From: a virus
Taxonomy: Duplodnaviria > Heunggongvirae > Uroviricota > Caudoviricetes
Virus record (IMG/VR): IMGVR_UViG_3300012933_000323
Location: 1-62,431 of that record
DNA: 62,431 nucleotides
Direction: 5' to 3' (one strand)
The translations under genes and the position numbers were made by a program. Numbering within the stretch: the stretch's first letter is position 1; each line of letters begins with the position of its first letter. This document shows positions 28,803 through 38,283 of the stretch, in pieces. The notes beneath the pieces were generated by a model. It made no database searches, was not told where the DNA came from, and saw only the letters and a list, made by a program, of their open reading frames with translations.

Positions 28803-29679
28803 CGGCTGCGAAGTATGTAACTGTACATTGAAAACCATTCAACGCATCAGCAGATTCAAACAATACTTTGGTGCCATCATTATTAATTGTGCAAGTGTAT
28901 TCTGTAATTACATTTGGCGCTCCAGATGTTTTATAAACAAATGCAATGCCGGTAAAAATATTACTAATTGCTTTGCTTGGTAATGTAATTTGGTTGTTAG
29001 TAATAACTAACTTTGGCGTAGTAATAACTGTTCTATTACTTAATTCATCAATTGCGGTTTGGACATCTGTTGCGACAAGTGTTGAACCAGCATTGTCATA
29101 GTTAATATTCTTTGCAATTACATTTGAACTGGTATTAGTTACAAGAATTCTACCAGCCGCGTTCGCATCAAGTACATAACCAATTACTTGTGATTTAACT
29201 TGTGAATTCGGAGCATTTGTTAAAACACCAGATTGGTAATATAACATATCACCTTCGGTGAATGCCGAAAGATCAATACCCTTTAAGATACCAAGAACCA
29301 TGATCTCGCCAAGCTGGCCATCAATTAAACCATCTTCACAGATACCCATAATGGTATCATCATTAAGTGTTGCTAACGTTACGAAGACTGCATCAACGAC
29401 GTTACTTTGAACAAGTTTAACTGGTGCTCCTTTTGGAATATCACCAACTGCAGTTGCAACAAAGTGAATAGCATTAGCATGGACAAAGTTCGAAACATCA
29501 TCAATAATCTTATTAGTTAGTGTTGCATATGAACCGGCTGATAGTTCAATAAGGCGGTCATTTAATGTGTCAATTGATACTCTATATGACGTATCTGGAT
29601 CTGTAATAAGTAAATACTCAGTACCAATTAGATTACCAATATTTTTTTCTTCTAAGTCATTAATAGTCGTATATGACAT
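28798..29679 (-). CDS. hypothetical virion protein
   Basis: IPKGAPV...IMGI...GEIMVLGIL..IDLSAFTEGDMLY module similar to the one in 4305-5624. Confidence 0.65.
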   Translation of the reverse strand: MSYTTINDLEEKNIGNLIGTEYLLITDPDTSYRVSIDTLNDRLIELSAGSYATLTNKIIDDVSNFVHANAIHFVATAVGDIPKGAPVKLVQSNVVDAVFVTLATLNDDTIMGICEDGLIDGQLGEIMVLGILKGIDLSAFTEGDMLYYQSGVLTNAPNSQVKSQVIGYVLDANAAGRILVTNTSSNVIAKNINYDNAGSTLVATDVQTAIDELSNRTVITTPKLVITNNQITLPSKAISNIFTGIAFVYKTSGAPNVITEYTCTINNDGTKVLFESADALNGFQCTVTYFAAV

Positions 29680-29692
29680 GTGTTGCTCCTAA

Positions 29693-31285
29693 TTAGCTTA
29701 CGATGGTTGTCATCGTATTTGTTCCGGCGTTGATCATTCTGATTGTAATGTATTCGGCGACGTATGTAGGCTGCACAGCAATCTCTACAATAATCTCATT
29801 ATTTTCACCAGCTTTTACATAAACTCTAGCATCAGTGATACCATTATTGATCTTAACATTCTCAAGATATTGTTTTACGTGCGATGCTACAATTTTTCTA
29901 ACGTTTAGTGTATTTTCTTCAAATACGAACTTATTTAGAATCTTCTTCGTATTCTTTTCTAGGTGGTTAAATAAGCTTCTAACATTAACACGATTAAAAG
30001 CACTTGGTCTATCAAAGAAAGTCTTTTGAGACATCAAAGTATTATTCTTCATGATGTTCAACCCCTTCTTATAATATTCATCGTTTTCTTTATCAGACAT
30101 AACCATGTACATTTTTTGAAGGTTCTTAATAGAACCTTTTTCTAAACCAGCAGACGCTATCCACGGTGCAGATAGAGATGTTTGCGCTTTCAAACCAGCA
30201 ATATCTGCAGCGACGTTAACGACCTTATATGTGTTTGTAAACATATCTAACTGCACTTTCGCATTCATCGTGAAGTGAGTAAATTGACTCTTAGGCAATG
30301 AATTAATGTATCTATTAATTTTTTTCTTGGCTACTTCAGTTAACTTACTAGGGATCTTATAAACATCTAATCCAATGATGCTGCCGTTATGTAAATACGC
30401 AACTTCCTGAGGCTTGCCTGAACCCATTAGAAGTTTTAAGTATGTGATTAACACGGTTGGCAAACCAATGAATGCAATGCAATCTTTTCTTGCTTCAGCA
30501 AATTCTATTGCCAATTCATTAGCCTTTTCATTACCAATAACGATGTCAATATCATACACATCTGGATTTAAAAGCAAGTCATATGATACTTTGAAATCCT
30601 CGTCAGTTGGAAATGTGTTATATCCACCGCTAAGTTTGATGTTGTTCTGTCCGTATAGGGATAATTGTGAAAGCACAGTGTTACTATTTAACTTAACGTA
30701 CACATATAAACTATCATCATTAATATTAGAAATCTCATCTAAAGTTAAATAGAATTTTTCAACTAACGTATTGTTTCTAAATACTGCTATGCCAACGTAG
30801 TTATCTTCAAAGAACTCAAGGACGTCCTTGGCTCTTGTTGTATCATTTAACTGTACATTGTTCAACCAATCATCTTTGGTAAATGTACACACATTAATTA
30901 AGTTACCCCAAACACCAGCAGTTCTCGCAATGAACCTAATTGGGCCTGTTACTGCCAATGTTGAATTATTTGCTGTCCAATCCGCAAAGGTGTTGAAGTA
31001 AATATCTCCACCATTATTTGCGTTATAGAGTTTTACACCAGATGTTCTTACAACCCAAATACCACCAGAGTATTGAAGAAAGTTATAAACTTGGTACCAG
31101 TCATGGTGACAATCGTCGATACCACGGCCAAATAAGAATTTAAATTGGTCAATTGAAGTAACCCAAATAGGCAAATTGATTGGACCTCTTTCGAAGTGAC
31201 CGACAAAACACGCCACCTCATTAGTAATATGAGGAACGTAGTAAGATTTATCTATTGTTGTACTCGTAACTGACGGTGAATTCAT
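29693..31285 (-). CDS. gp18: tail sheath protein paralogue (gp18-like, divergent)
   Basis: SPSV..TTID...FVGHFERGP...WYQVYNFLQY; SQKT...SAFNRVNVRSLF...PTYVAEYITIR sheath motifs. Confidence 0.85.
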   Translation of the reverse strand: MNSPSVTSTTIDKSYYVPHITNEVACFVGHFERGPINLPIWVTSIDQFKFLFGRGIDDCHHDWYQVYNFLQYSGGIWVVRTSGVKLYNANNGGDIYFNTFADWTANNSTLAVTGPIRFIARTAGVWGNLINVCTFTKDDWLNNVQLNDTTRAKDVLEFFEDNYVGIAVFRNNTLVEKFYLTLDEISNINDDSLYVYVKLNSNTVLSQLSLYGQNNIKLSGGYNTFPTDEDFKVSYDLLLNPDVYDIDIVIGNEKANELAIEFAEARKDCIAFIGLPTVLITYLKLLMGSGKPQEVAYLHNGSIIGLDVYKIPSKLTEVAKKKINRYINSLPKSQFTHFTMNAKVQLDMFTNTYKVVNVAADIAGLKAQTSLSAPWIASAGLEKGSIKNLQKMYMVMSDKENDEYYKKGLNIMKNNTLMSQKTFFDRPSAFNRVNVRSLFNHLEKNTKKILNKFVFEENTLNVRKIVASHVKQYLENVKINNGITDARVYVKAGENNEIIVEIAVQPTYVAEYITIRMINAGTNTMTTIVS

Positions 31286-31303
31286 AACATTCCTGTTTTT
31301 GTT

Positions 31304-31311
31304 TATTTATA
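31304..31311 (-). promoter_or_regulatory. T4-type late promoter TATAAATA
   Basis: Exact match between the terminator and the second sheath gene. Confidence 0.75.
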
Positions 31312-31331
31312 CGGAAGGTAATTCAAGAGTC

Positions 31332-31358
31332 AAAAAAACCGGACAGAAGTCCGGTTTT
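31332..31358 (-). terminator. intrinsic terminator after the major sheath gene
   Basis: AAAACCGGAC-TTCT-GTCCGG followed by T7 on the minus strand. Confidence 0.85.
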
Positions 31359-31373
31359 ATGAGCAGTTAAAGA

Positions 31374-33386
31374 TTAACCACCGATAACTTCAGCGAAGCT
31401 GTTGGTACCTGCGTTAGTGAATCGTAACTGGATGAATTCTGCAACGTAAGTTGGCTTGATGTAAATATCTACAACAAGTTGGTTACGAGAGATTACATCT
31501 GGAGTGTTGTTAGACTCATCACAGATAACTAAGAAGTCCTGGATACCACGACCGGCTTGTACTGAACCTAAGTATGGCTTAACCATAGATACGATACGGT
31601 TACGTGTGAAGTTGTCGTTGAACTCCATAATCTGGTATTTAGCCATCTTAGATAGAGCACGTTCCATTGTGTTGAACAAACCACGAACGTTTACACGATC
31701 AAAGCTTGATGGCTTAGCCAATAGAGTTTTCTGACCCCACATAACGGTACCTTGACCTGGGAAAGAAACGATTGGGTTGATACCATTCTTGTACAACATA
31801 TCACGTTGACCTTGGGTTGGGTTGAAAGCCAACTTAGTAACGTTCTTAATCTGACCGCGTTCAAGACCAGCACTTGCCCACCATGAAGCACGGTTCATAG
31901 ATGTTTGAGCACGTAGACCAGCGATATCACCAGCTAAGTTAACCCAACGGTACTTGTCATTATAACGGTCGTATTGGTACTTGTAGTTACCGGAAGCTAC
32001 AACAAACATGTTGTTGTAGTTAACAGCACCAGAATTTCTCCAAGTGATTAGGGCAGATACAGCATCAGCAGATTTCTTGCCAACGGTATCACCGTAATTA
32101 GCACCTAGGAATGCGATACAATCTTGACGAGCATCAACTAAATTCTTAGCGCTTACGCCACCGTCGAATTCATTACCGATAACAATATCGATATCCAATT
32201 CTTCTTTATTAGAGAATACATCGTATGCATTAGCAATATCGTCAACGCCAACTGCCGAATCAGCACCGTAAGATAACTTCAATGTGTTACCAACGTATGC
32301 TTGAGCAACTTCGTCATATACTAATGTGTGATCAGCAACGCTGTCAGTATTAGCTGTGTTGTCTTTTGCGAACACGTAGTTAGATTGAGTATTGATAACA
32401 GTTTCAACATAAGTTGATTTGCCGTTATGGTCTTTAGCAGCTTGGTTAAAGTCTACTGTGAATACTTCAACAACTGTACCGTTTAGTGCAATTAATACAC
32501 CTACTTCAGTACCTGTTGGTGCATATTCAAATAACTCATCTAAGCCTACACCTTCAAATGCGAAGTGTGGCACGTGTGTTGCTGGTGTAGAACTATTCGC
32601 TAGGAATGATTCAGGACGGGCAATAGCAATTTCTAAACCTGCTGCCCATGCACCTGGATTACGTGAAATGAACTTTAGCTTTGAACCAAGTGGGTTAGCG
32701 AAGATTAAGCTAGATTCTTTTGATTCGAAATCAGAAGCGTTATTGATTGTTACTAATGTACCAACATAGTCGGTATCTGATGTAACAGCGCTTGATGCAA
32801 CGTTTAGTACGAATTGGTTAGACGCACCAGCATTTACTGTAACTGGTGATGTAGTGTTTACATCGGCAGCTTCAACAACGCCGTTTGTTGTTTGAACCCA
32901 AGAATTAACTTCGTCACCAACTGTTGGTGTAACATCGATATCTCTGTCAACTGTAACAGTTTTAGCTTGAGTGTTGATAGAAACGATTTCATAAACTGTG
33001 TTTACAGCATCAAGAGTGATAAGATCACCGATTGATAATGAAGCAACATTTGATACTTCAAATACGTTTGGTGTTGCACCAGCAGCAACGTATGTGCAAC
33101 CAGAAACTGGAGTTGCAGTTCCACCAACGTTAGCAGCACGTGAAACTAAAAGTTTGTTGCCGTATTGTAGGAAGTTATACGCTTGATAGAAGTCGTTATA
33201 ATTTGAGTTTGTTGGCTTACCATAAAAAGATAGTAAGTCAGATACACTAGTGATTAGTGTATATGTGTCAACTGGACCTTGAACAAAATCGCCACTAAAA
33301 ACAGCAACTGAGTTAGAAACTGTAGGAACGATTGTTGAGGCGTCGATCTCAGTTACGAATACGCCTGGGCTTAACATTTCAGCCAT
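31374..33386 (-). CDS. gp18: tail sheath protein
   Basis: MAEMLSPGVFVTEID...GDFVQGP; WWASAGLERG; WGQKT...SSFDRVNVRGLF; IYIKPTYVAEFIQLRF. Confidence 0.95.
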   Translation of the reverse strand: MAEMLSPGVFVTEIDASTIVPTVSNSVAVFSGDFVQGPVDTYTLITSVSDLLSFYGKPTNSNYNDFYQAYNFLQYGNKLLVSRAANVGGTATPVSGCTYVAAGATPNVFEVSNVASLSIGDLITLDAVNTVYEIVSINTQAKTVTVDRDIDVTPTVGDEVNSWVQTTNGVVEAADVNTTSPVTVNAGASNQFVLNVASSAVTSDTDYVGTLVTINNASDFESKESSLIFANPLGSKLKFISRNPGAWAAGLEIAIARPESFLANSSTPATHVPHFAFEGVGLDELFEYAPTGTEVGVLIALNGTVVEVFTVDFNQAAKDHNGKSTYVETVINTQSNYVFAKDNTANTDSVADHTLVYDEVAQAYVGNTLKLSYGADSAVGVDDIANAYDVFSNKEELDIDIVIGNEFDGGVSAKNLVDARQDCIAFLGANYGDTVGKKSADAVSALITWRNSGAVNYNNMFVVASGNYKYQYDRYNDKYRWVNLAGDIAGLRAQTSMNRASWWASAGLERGQIKNVTKLAFNPTQGQRDMLYKNGINPIVSFPGQGTVMWGQKTLLAKPSSFDRVNVRGLFNTMERALSKMAKYQIMEFNDNFTRNRIVSMVKPYLGSVQAGRGIQDFLVICDESNNTPDVISRNQLVVDIYIKPTYVAEFIQLRFTNAGTNSFAEVIGG

Positions 33387-33558
33387 AAATTTTCTCCTTA
33401 TGAATTGTTATTTTTACTTCCTGTGTGTCAAAGAACCGAAGCCCCAAGATTCAGAAAAACCGTTGTAATTTATTGGACTTCATATATCCAAATCTGGATG
33501 GACGAACCTATCCAGCAGTACGTGGGAATAGTTTATTGAGGTTACGCTCTTGTTATAT

Positions 33559-33720
33559 TTATTCTTCTGTCGTTTTTTCTAAGATTTTAACGATTCTTTT
33601 TAAATCGCCAATCTCAGCAGAACCGGTCAAACCATTAATTTTGTTTACCAATTCAAGTTTAAGTTGTGCAGATTCTGTCATTGACTTTTCTGCATCATCT
33701 AAATAATCTCTAAACTCCAT
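33559..33720 (-). CDS. small hypothetical protein
   Basis: MEFRDYL... with AGGGG RBS (start reassigned to 33720), directly after the portal gene. Confidence 0.6.
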   Translation of the reverse strand: MEFRDYLDDAEKSMTESAQLKLELVNKINGLTGSAEIGDLKRIVKILEKTTEE

Positions 33721-33740
33721 GATGTTCCCCTTATTTGTAA

Positions 33741-35255
33741 TTACCATTTTGGATTGCCATCTTCGTCGTCATTGGCATAAAACTTACTATACAGAGGATT
33801 CTTTTCCTCTTCTTGAATCTTCTTGAACTCTTCATCGATCTCTTCATCGGTGAATCTGAAGATATCTTTCAGAACAGTATTAACTGAGAATAGTTTACCC
33901 TGATGCTCTGAAGCTGTTGTGTAAATTTCCATCTTATTCATGAAGTTATCAAGTTTCATTTTTTCAATAAACTTGTTTTCATTTACGAAAGAGATATTAA
34001 TATAGTCTTCTTTGTCGTCCCATTCTTGCTCTGACATAACACCAGTCGAAACGATTTCACGCTTTAGGATTTCTTTGAATAATGAAGAGTATACTTGGCG
34101 AATTCGTGAGATGAACATGAAGAATTTCATATCTTCTTTTGTTGTTCTTGTCTCATCAAAGCTGAAGTCTTTATCGCCTTCTGGGTTTACATCGATTCTA
34201 TTTGAAGGAATCTTCATAGCACGATATAACTTTCTAGCGAAGTATAAGATATCATCCAACTCACCTAGGTTACCAGATTCATCTAATACGTCAACGGTTG
34301 TACCTTTACCACCAGAACGATTAGCGAACCAATAGTCTTCAACCATTGATGTAATATGTTGCTGGTTTGAAACTTCACCAGTCTCGTTATTGTAGAACTT
34401 CTTGTACTTAAACTTGCCTTGATAATCACGCATTACTTCAGCGCCACGCTTGGCAGGTAAATCACCAATATCGACGTTGAAAACACGACGAGAGATGCTG
34501 CGGCTAAAACGCAAAGGAATCAATAGATCCTCAAGTGTCTTTAGAATGTTCGCAGGCTTAATTGCGTACTCTAAATAGCTTAGATTGATTTTACCGTCGT
34601 ATAGACCAAAATCCTCTCTTACAAGCTCTTCAATACTGTATGATGTATTGTCAGTATGTTGGAAAATAACAGTCTTATCTTCAGACATGTACTTATACGT
34701 ATTTGTCTTTGTGTCAAAGTAAAGCATACAAGGTTCAATCATCTTGATACCTTTAATACCGTTCTTCGTATTTTTTTGATCGTATGACAAGTGCATAATG
34801 ACCTGTCCATCAATATAACTATTCTTTACAATCTGGAATAGATGACGCTTTACATTCGTAAGTTTAACAATCTTTTCAAACTTTTCTGTAACAGCATTAA
34901 CTAATTTTTCGTTTTCTTCATCAATGTCGATTTGCAAAGGAATCTTATCATCATAAGAGAAAATAATTTCATTAACAATTTCATCTAAAGCATCAGTAAC
35001 ATCTGGCGTCATTGCCAATTGTCTGTACTTCATAATCTTTTCTTTTTGCTTAAAGATGATGTCGGAAATTTCAGACTTACCAAATAATCCGCCTTGGAAT
35101 TGGTCGTTATCAAAGAATGCACCCGTGTTTGGGTACATATCACTATTTGTTAAGTCAACTACTACGTTCTTTTGCGGTACAACAGAGCTGTCCTTATCCG
35201 AAGCGCTTCTATCAGGTTGCTTCAGGAAGTTCTTCACCATTTCATTTAACTGCAT
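33741..35255 (-). CDS. gp20: portal protein
   Basis: YRQLA..PDV..ALDEIVNE; LEDLLIPLRFSRSISRRVFNVDIGDLP; EDYWFANRSGGKGTTVDVL. Confidence 0.95.
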   Translation of the reverse strand: MQLNEMVKNFLKQPDRSASDKDSSVVPQKNVVVDLTNSDMYPNTGAFFDNDQFQGGLFGKSEISDIIFKQKEKIMKYRQLAMTPDVTDALDEIVNEIIFSYDDKIPLQIDIDEENEKLVNAVTEKFEKIVKLTNVKRHLFQIVKNSYIDGQVIMHLSYDQKNTKNGIKGIKMIEPCMLYFDTKTNTYKYMSEDKTVIFQHTDNTSYSIEELVREDFGLYDGKINLSYLEYAIKPANILKTLEDLLIPLRFSRSISRRVFNVDIGDLPAKRGAEVMRDYQGKFKYKKFYNNETGEVSNQQHITSMVEDYWFANRSGGKGTTVDVLDESGNLGELDDILYFARKLYRAMKIPSNRIDVNPEGDKDFSFDETRTTKEDMKFFMFISRIRQVYSSLFKEILKREIVSTGVMSEQEWDDKEDYINISFVNENKFIEKMKLDNFMNKMEIYTTASEHQGKLFSVNTVLKDIFRFTDEEIDEEFKKIQEEEKNPLYSKFYANDDEDGNPKW

Positions 35256-35284
35256 TTATCGTTCCCTTCGGTGGATGTTTTATT

Positions 35285-35296
35285 TATTTATAAATA
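35285..35296. promoter_or_regulatory. palindromic bidirectional late promoter TATTTATAAATA
   Basis: Contains TATAAATA on both strands, between divergent gp20 and gp14-like genes. Confidence 0.75.
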
Positions 35297-35313
35297 ATTG
35301 TAAAGAGGTTTTT

Positions 35314-36012
35314 ATGAATTTCAACATATCGAAACAACCAGAATATCAACTAAACACAAGCCTAATTGAAGAGGTTATCCGTCTTTACGGTATTATTGTT
35401 AAATTCGTTGTGACTGAAAAAATTAATGAAGACGCTACTGTCTTTGGCGATTACAGTCATATGAAATCTGATAACAATAAAATATACGATATTTATATGC
35501 TTCCAGAAACATCAGAGGACTGGGAAAGTGGCGGTTTCGGTATGAGTCAGTTTGGTATAATGTCTTTAGAAAATATTGTACTATTTGCTGCAAAAAGTTC
35601 TTTTGATCCAGTCCCAGATATCATTGACGACCAACATGGAATTATTGGTAATTTAGTTGTTCTACCTAACAATCGAGTTATGGAGATTACTTACGTTGAA
35701 GTAGCTGTTCCTGGTGTTAATAACTTATTCACATACAATGACGCAAAATCAGTTTACAAATTAACATGTAAGCCACATGACTTCAAACTAATTAACGAAC
35801 TAGATACCGTTGATATTTCTATTGATCCAACAGTACCGTATGAAACATTAGATGTTTATTTCCAAGAACTTATTGGTGATAAAGTTCAACAAGATGTATC
35901 TACGAATGTTACACCAGAAGTAACAACTATTGACAAGACAACAACATACGACACAAAAGTTCAGAAACCAATTATTGATAGATCTGAAGACGACGTATTT
36001 GGTGGGTTTTAA
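35314..36012 (+). CDS. gp14: neck protein (gp14-like)
   Basis: EEVIRLYGIIVKFV..EKI..D.TVFGD resembles T4 gp14; start reassigned to MNFNIS at 35314 with AGAGG RBS. Confidence 0.7.
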   Translation: MNFNISKQPEYQLNTSLIEEVIRLYGIIVKFVVTEKINEDATVFGDYSHMKSDNNKIYDIYMLPETSEDWESGGFGMSQFGIMSLENIVLFAAKSSFDPVPDIIDDQHGIIGNLVVLPNNRVMEITYVEVAVPGVNNLFTYNDAKSVYKLTCKPHDFKLINELDTVDISIDPTVPYETLDVYFQELIGDKVQQDVSTNVTPEVTTIDKTTTYDTKVQKPIIDRSEDDVFGGF

Positions 36013-36473
36013 CCAAGTTCATCCTCTGTCAAAATAATAAAGCGCATACCTTGGTCTTCCGCAAACTTGTTTGCCGCCTTCCACTTTGCTTCATTAACCG
36101 CGTATGTCTGTAAAGCCCTTTGGTAGTTTACCAGGGCTTTTTGAGTCTTATTTTTTGGTGGTTTAGGTGGAACTGTTTCACCTTTACTTTTAACCTCTAC
36201 AATGAACTTGTCGCCCGTCTGGAACTCTAAAAATAAGTCTATAAAATAACGATGGACTTTGCCGTCGGTAGGTTTTACATATTTAACGTGAAACGGTTCT
36301 AATGACCATTTAGAAACAAATTTATTGAAGTCAGCGTACTTAATAGCCTTTAACTCAAGTCTTGATTTATAATTGACTTGGCCATCCTTATAGGACTTCA
36401 TGTGTTCGTCCATTGGCTTAATAAATTTTTCTGGGGTCAATAACTGGTACCAACCCTGATAGTTGTTGTACAT
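36009..36473 (-). CDS. gp4: head completion protein (TnsA-like nuclease fold)
   Basis: YKSRLE...KWSLEP..VKY...DGKVHRYFIDL...VEVK...YAVNEAKWKAA..F...F.ILTEDEL. Confidence 0.9.
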   Translation of the reverse strand: MYNNYQGWYQLLTPEKFIKPMDEHMKSYKDGQVNYKSRLELKAIKYADFNKFVSKWSLEPFHVKYVKPTDGKVHRYFIDLFLEFQTGDKFIVEVKSKGETVPPKPPKNKTQKALVNYQRALQTYAVNEAKWKAANKFAEDQGMRFIILTEDELG

Positions 36474-36489
36474 GTGGACTCCTTTTTGG

Positions 36490-36501
36490 TATTTATAAAT
36501 A
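36490..36501. promoter_or_regulatory. palindromic bidirectional late promoter TATTTATAAATA
   Basis: Second copy, between divergent gp4 and gp13-like genes. Confidence 0.75.
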
Positions 36502-36527
36502 ATAGTAAATACCTAATAGGAAGAACT

Positions 36528-37256
36528 ATGGCAAGAATTAATACAAAGGCTGCCTTAAGAGATTACGTAAAATCTCAACTTGGCGCGCCATTAATCAATA
36601 TTGAAGTAGCGGATCCACAAATCAATCAGATTATCGATGATACCGTTCAAAAATTTACAGAATATGCATACGGCACCTTAGAAGGTACCGTGATTGTGCA
36701 GTTCAACGGTATGGGCGAATATGCTATGCCAGATACAATGACAAACCTTATTAAATTATCTAAAGGTAGTACATCAAACATTACTAACTTTAGTGCTAAT
36801 TTTGGTTCGGGTTACGTTCCTAACTTATGGTCAGAACAATTCTTTACGGGTTCATTAACCGGCGATATTATTCCTGGAATCTTGGCAATCTCAACAACCA
36901 AAGCTATCCTAGATAAGTATTTTGCTGATGACATCGTGTTTAACTTTAATCCTCATAAGAAAGTTCTACAAGTTCTTGAGAACTATAAAGGTCCAGCTGT
37001 ACTTCACTACCAATACGAATATCTTGCCGATGAAACTGGTGACTTAGTCTATAATCATGAGTGGGTAAAAGCTTACACTAAAGCCAAGGTTAAAGAATTA
37101 TGGGGAGGAATCACTGGTAAATTTGATCAGACCTTAGTTGGTGGTGCAAGAATTAACTACGCCGATTTAAAAGCTGAAGCACAGACAGATATTGAGAAAC
37201 TTAATGAAGAACTACTAACGAAGTGGTCAGATCCTTGTCCAATTGATGTAGCTTAA
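36528..37256 (+). CDS. gp13: neck protein (gp13-like)
   Basis: LRDYVKSQLGAPLINIEV..PQI; WVKAYTKAKVKELWG....KF...LVGGARINY; start reassigned to MARINT at 36528. Confidence 0.85.
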   Translation: MARINTKAALRDYVKSQLGAPLINIEVADPQINQIIDDTVQKFTEYAYGTLEGTVIVQFNGMGEYAMPDTMTNLIKLSKGSTSNITNFSANFGSGYVPNLWSEQFFTGSLTGDIIPGILAISTTKAILDKYFADDIVFNFNPHKKVLQVLENYKGPAVLHYQYEYLADETGDLVYNHEWVKAYTKAKVKELWGGITGKFDQTLVGGARINYADLKAEAQTDIEKLNEELLTKWSDPCPIDVA

Positions 37257-37278
37257 TTGCTTATCAGATGCAAGTGTC

Positions 37279-37303
37279 AAAAAGGAGCCTTTCGGCTCCT
37301 TTT
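37279..37303. terminator. bidirectional intrinsic terminator
   Basis: AAAAAGGAGCC-TTTC-GGCTCCTTTT between convergent genes. Confidence 0.85.
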
Positions 37304-37322
37304 ATTTTCTCTTGATTAGGAG

Positions 37323-37634
37323 TTACTGAGCTTCGTCAGTTTTCTCAACTTGAACATCTGATGATTGTTCTGTTAAGATCTGCTCAGCGCCTTCGCCTTC
37401 TACAACTGGAGGGGTTTCAGCAGGTGCACCTTCCTCTTTCTTTTCTTCAACCTTTTCAGCTTTACCACCCTTGGCTTTCTTGCTTTCTTTAGTCTCTTTA
37501 GTTACTTCTTCAGCATCTTCAGATACCTGTACGACCAAACCTAATTCAATCATACGTGTTGTTGGTTTTTCAACAACTGTACCTGCTAGGACTGTACCGT
37601 CGGCTAGTGTAAAATCTCGTGTAGCTTTAAACAT
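37323..37634 (-). CDS. hypothetical protein with charged low-complexity C-terminus
   Basis: 103-aa ORF with AAGGAG RBS; E/K-rich tail. Confidence 0.7.
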   Translation of the reverse strand: MFKATRDFTLADGTVLAGTVVEKPTTRMIELGLVVQVSEDAEEVTKETKESKKAKGGKAEKVEEKKEEGAPAETPPVVEGEGAEQILTEQSSDVQVEKTDEAQ

Positions 37635-37644
37635 AATGTTCTCC

Positions 37645-38187
37645 TTATTTGTTTGCTGTTAATCGTTTGATCAAATCAACTGTACTAATTGTTTCAGTTG
37701 AATTAATATTTAACGTATTATTTATTGTCTGCGGGTTCTCGGCTTTCTCAGCCTTTTTAATCTTATCTAAATTTAATAACACGTTTGAAATTTCTTTATA
37801 CGCAAGCATATACAATTTCATGTTATTTGCGATTGCAGTATTTAATTCCGCGAACGACATAACAAGACCTGCTCTCTTGTCGTCATCGCTGTCTAATAGA
37901 TCCAACGTAATTGAATTTAGAACCCTTCTACCGTTATCAGTGTTCTCTTTAAGAGTTTCCCTAACGTACTTAAAATCTTCAACCATGTTATTTAGGTTAA
38001 TGATTTCTGCTGCCATGATTTCTGCACCAGCATATAATTTAATGTCTTGCGTTTTTTCCTCAACATAATCAATTATATCATCGCCGGTCAACACCATCTC
38101 ATTGGCCGTGTCCATATTCTCGGTGAACTTCTCAGTTAACCGATTCATCTTCTCTGCTAATGATTGTGATTTATCTTTAAAATCCAT
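37645..38187 (-). CDS. gp16: probable terminase small subunit (gp16-like)
   Basis: EDFKYVRETL central helix and a TINNTLNI..ST.DLIKRL tail parallel T4-like gp16 proteins. Confidence 0.6.
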   Translation of the reverse strand: MDFKDKSQSLAEKMNRLTEKFTENMDTANEMVLTGDDIIDYVEEKTQDIKLYAGAEIMAAEIINLNNMVEDFKYVRETLKENTDNGRRVLNSITLDLLDSDDDKRAGLVMSFAELNTAIANNMKLYMLAYKEISNVLLNLDKIKKAEKAENPQTINNTLNINSTETISTVDLIKRLTANK

Positions 38188-38283
38188 AGACGATTACCTG
38201 TGTAATTCCAACAATCAAAAAGACTGCTGGAACTACCCATGATTCATTAAGACAGAACGCATACTTTTTGATCGTATTCATAT

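Noticed and set aside
35056-35313. Long N-terminal extension of the gp14-like ORF, and similar extensions at 8131, 9008, 11369, 36474, 53689 and 56357
   Set aside because: The extensions overlap neighbouring genes or promoters; downstream starts have proper RBS and match the family N-termini.
36009-36473. TnsA-like nuclease as a transposon or homing element
   Set aside because: The motifs and context match T4 gp4 head completion protein; no transposase partner or terminal repeats.
33511-38232. 9-nt complementarity (ACTGCTGGA/TCCAGCAGT) between the sheath leader and the groES-gp16 gap
   Set aside because: Too short to distinguish from chance, with no supporting structure.
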